Of a stretch of 64,000 bases of DNA, positions 63,388 through 64,000 are shown piece after piece. Positions within the stretch are counted from its first letter, which is position 1. Each line of letters starts with the position of its first letter. The notes under the pieces were generated by a model. The model was not told the DNA's origin, searched no databases, and saw nothing but the letters and a program-made list of their open reading frames with translations. This DNA is from Antedon mediterranea (Eukaryota; Animalia; Echinodermata), in assembly GCF_964355755.1 (NCBI RefSeq), contig NC_092671.1, positions 39,194,304 to 39,258,303 of the forward strand, in the 5' to 3' direction. A program made the position numbers and the translations under genes.

Positions 63388-64000
63388 TCATTTTTCGTGA
63401 TCGGTATTTAGAGATAATTTGAGGTGCATTTTTATTACAAAAGACGCATTTGAAACATATATGTGCTCATCTTTTGAGCAAACTATTTTGTTGTTTGATC
63501 CGATTCGTAAACATGGCAACGCAATTTTACCGATCAACCGTCCATCCTCAATGTTGACAACCAGCATGTTGTGTTCTTCCAATACAATTGTTCTGAATTG
63601 CTGACTGCTATACTAAGTGTTCGTAATTCCACTTCCAAATATTTTAACAAATTCAAAGTCAGAATTTAACATGTGAACACAATGACTTGCAGAATCACAA
63701 ATAAAGACATTGTCTTTGAAATCAACTGACATATTTGACGGCTTCATTATTTGATCTTGGGTAAGTGTCTTTTGAAGAGAACCATCCGAAAGAAATACTT
63801 TGATATTTGACGAAGTGCAAACAAGAATGTTTCCAGTTGAAGTCATAGCTATTGCTTCTGGTATGATATGTTCTTTCAAATCAACTGTATGTTCTTTTAG
63901 TATAGAAAGTGAATGTTGTGTGAAAAAGGTGAGTGATGGCTTCATGAAGTTAAGTGACCAAACACACCCTTTATGTTCAATTGAACTGACAGCAAATCTT
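63388..64000 (-). pseudogene. 3' part of a second TRIM-NHL paralogue with frameshifts; continues beyond the window
   Basis: Near-identical to 59289-59905, but a 2-bp deletion (~63618) creates a TAG at 63613 and a 4-bp deletion (~63590) restores the frame; 3' flank 62570-62850 is homologous to 58460-58705. Confidence 0.75.

Overview
AT-rich, intron-containing animal genomic DNA; it looks like a marine invertebrate, possibly an echinoderm, but that is inference only. Left to right the window holds: (1) the signal-peptide first exon of an unidentified minus-strand gene, head-to-head with a 6-exon thiamine pyrophosphokinase (TPK1); (2) SEC61G; (3) a ~35 kb minus-strand tandem array of two-exon double-hotdog acyl-ACP/acyl-CoA thioesterase-like genes (8 apparently intact, 1 disrupted pseudogene, 1 small relic), with two intronless otopetrin-like proton-channel genes embedded in it; (4) a multi-exon TAX1BP1/CALCOCO-family autophagy receptor; (5) an intronless RING-B-box-coiled-coil-filamin-NHL (TRIM) gene and a frameshifted paralogue running off the window end. 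Non-coding DNA is dense with MITEs (TWA-, TA- and TTAA-flanked), Helentron-like elements, L2/CR1 LINE relics, tRNA-derived SINEs, minisatellites and a segmental duplication. The most interesting signal is the thioesterase array. Paralogues ending in PTS1-like tripeptides (SSL/SNL) mostly lack an N-terminal extension, while paralogues that lost the tripeptide carry an Arg-rich mitochondrial-presequence-like extension, and the catalytic D-x-N-x-H motif diverges between paralogues. All gene models were spliced by eye and no database searches were run.
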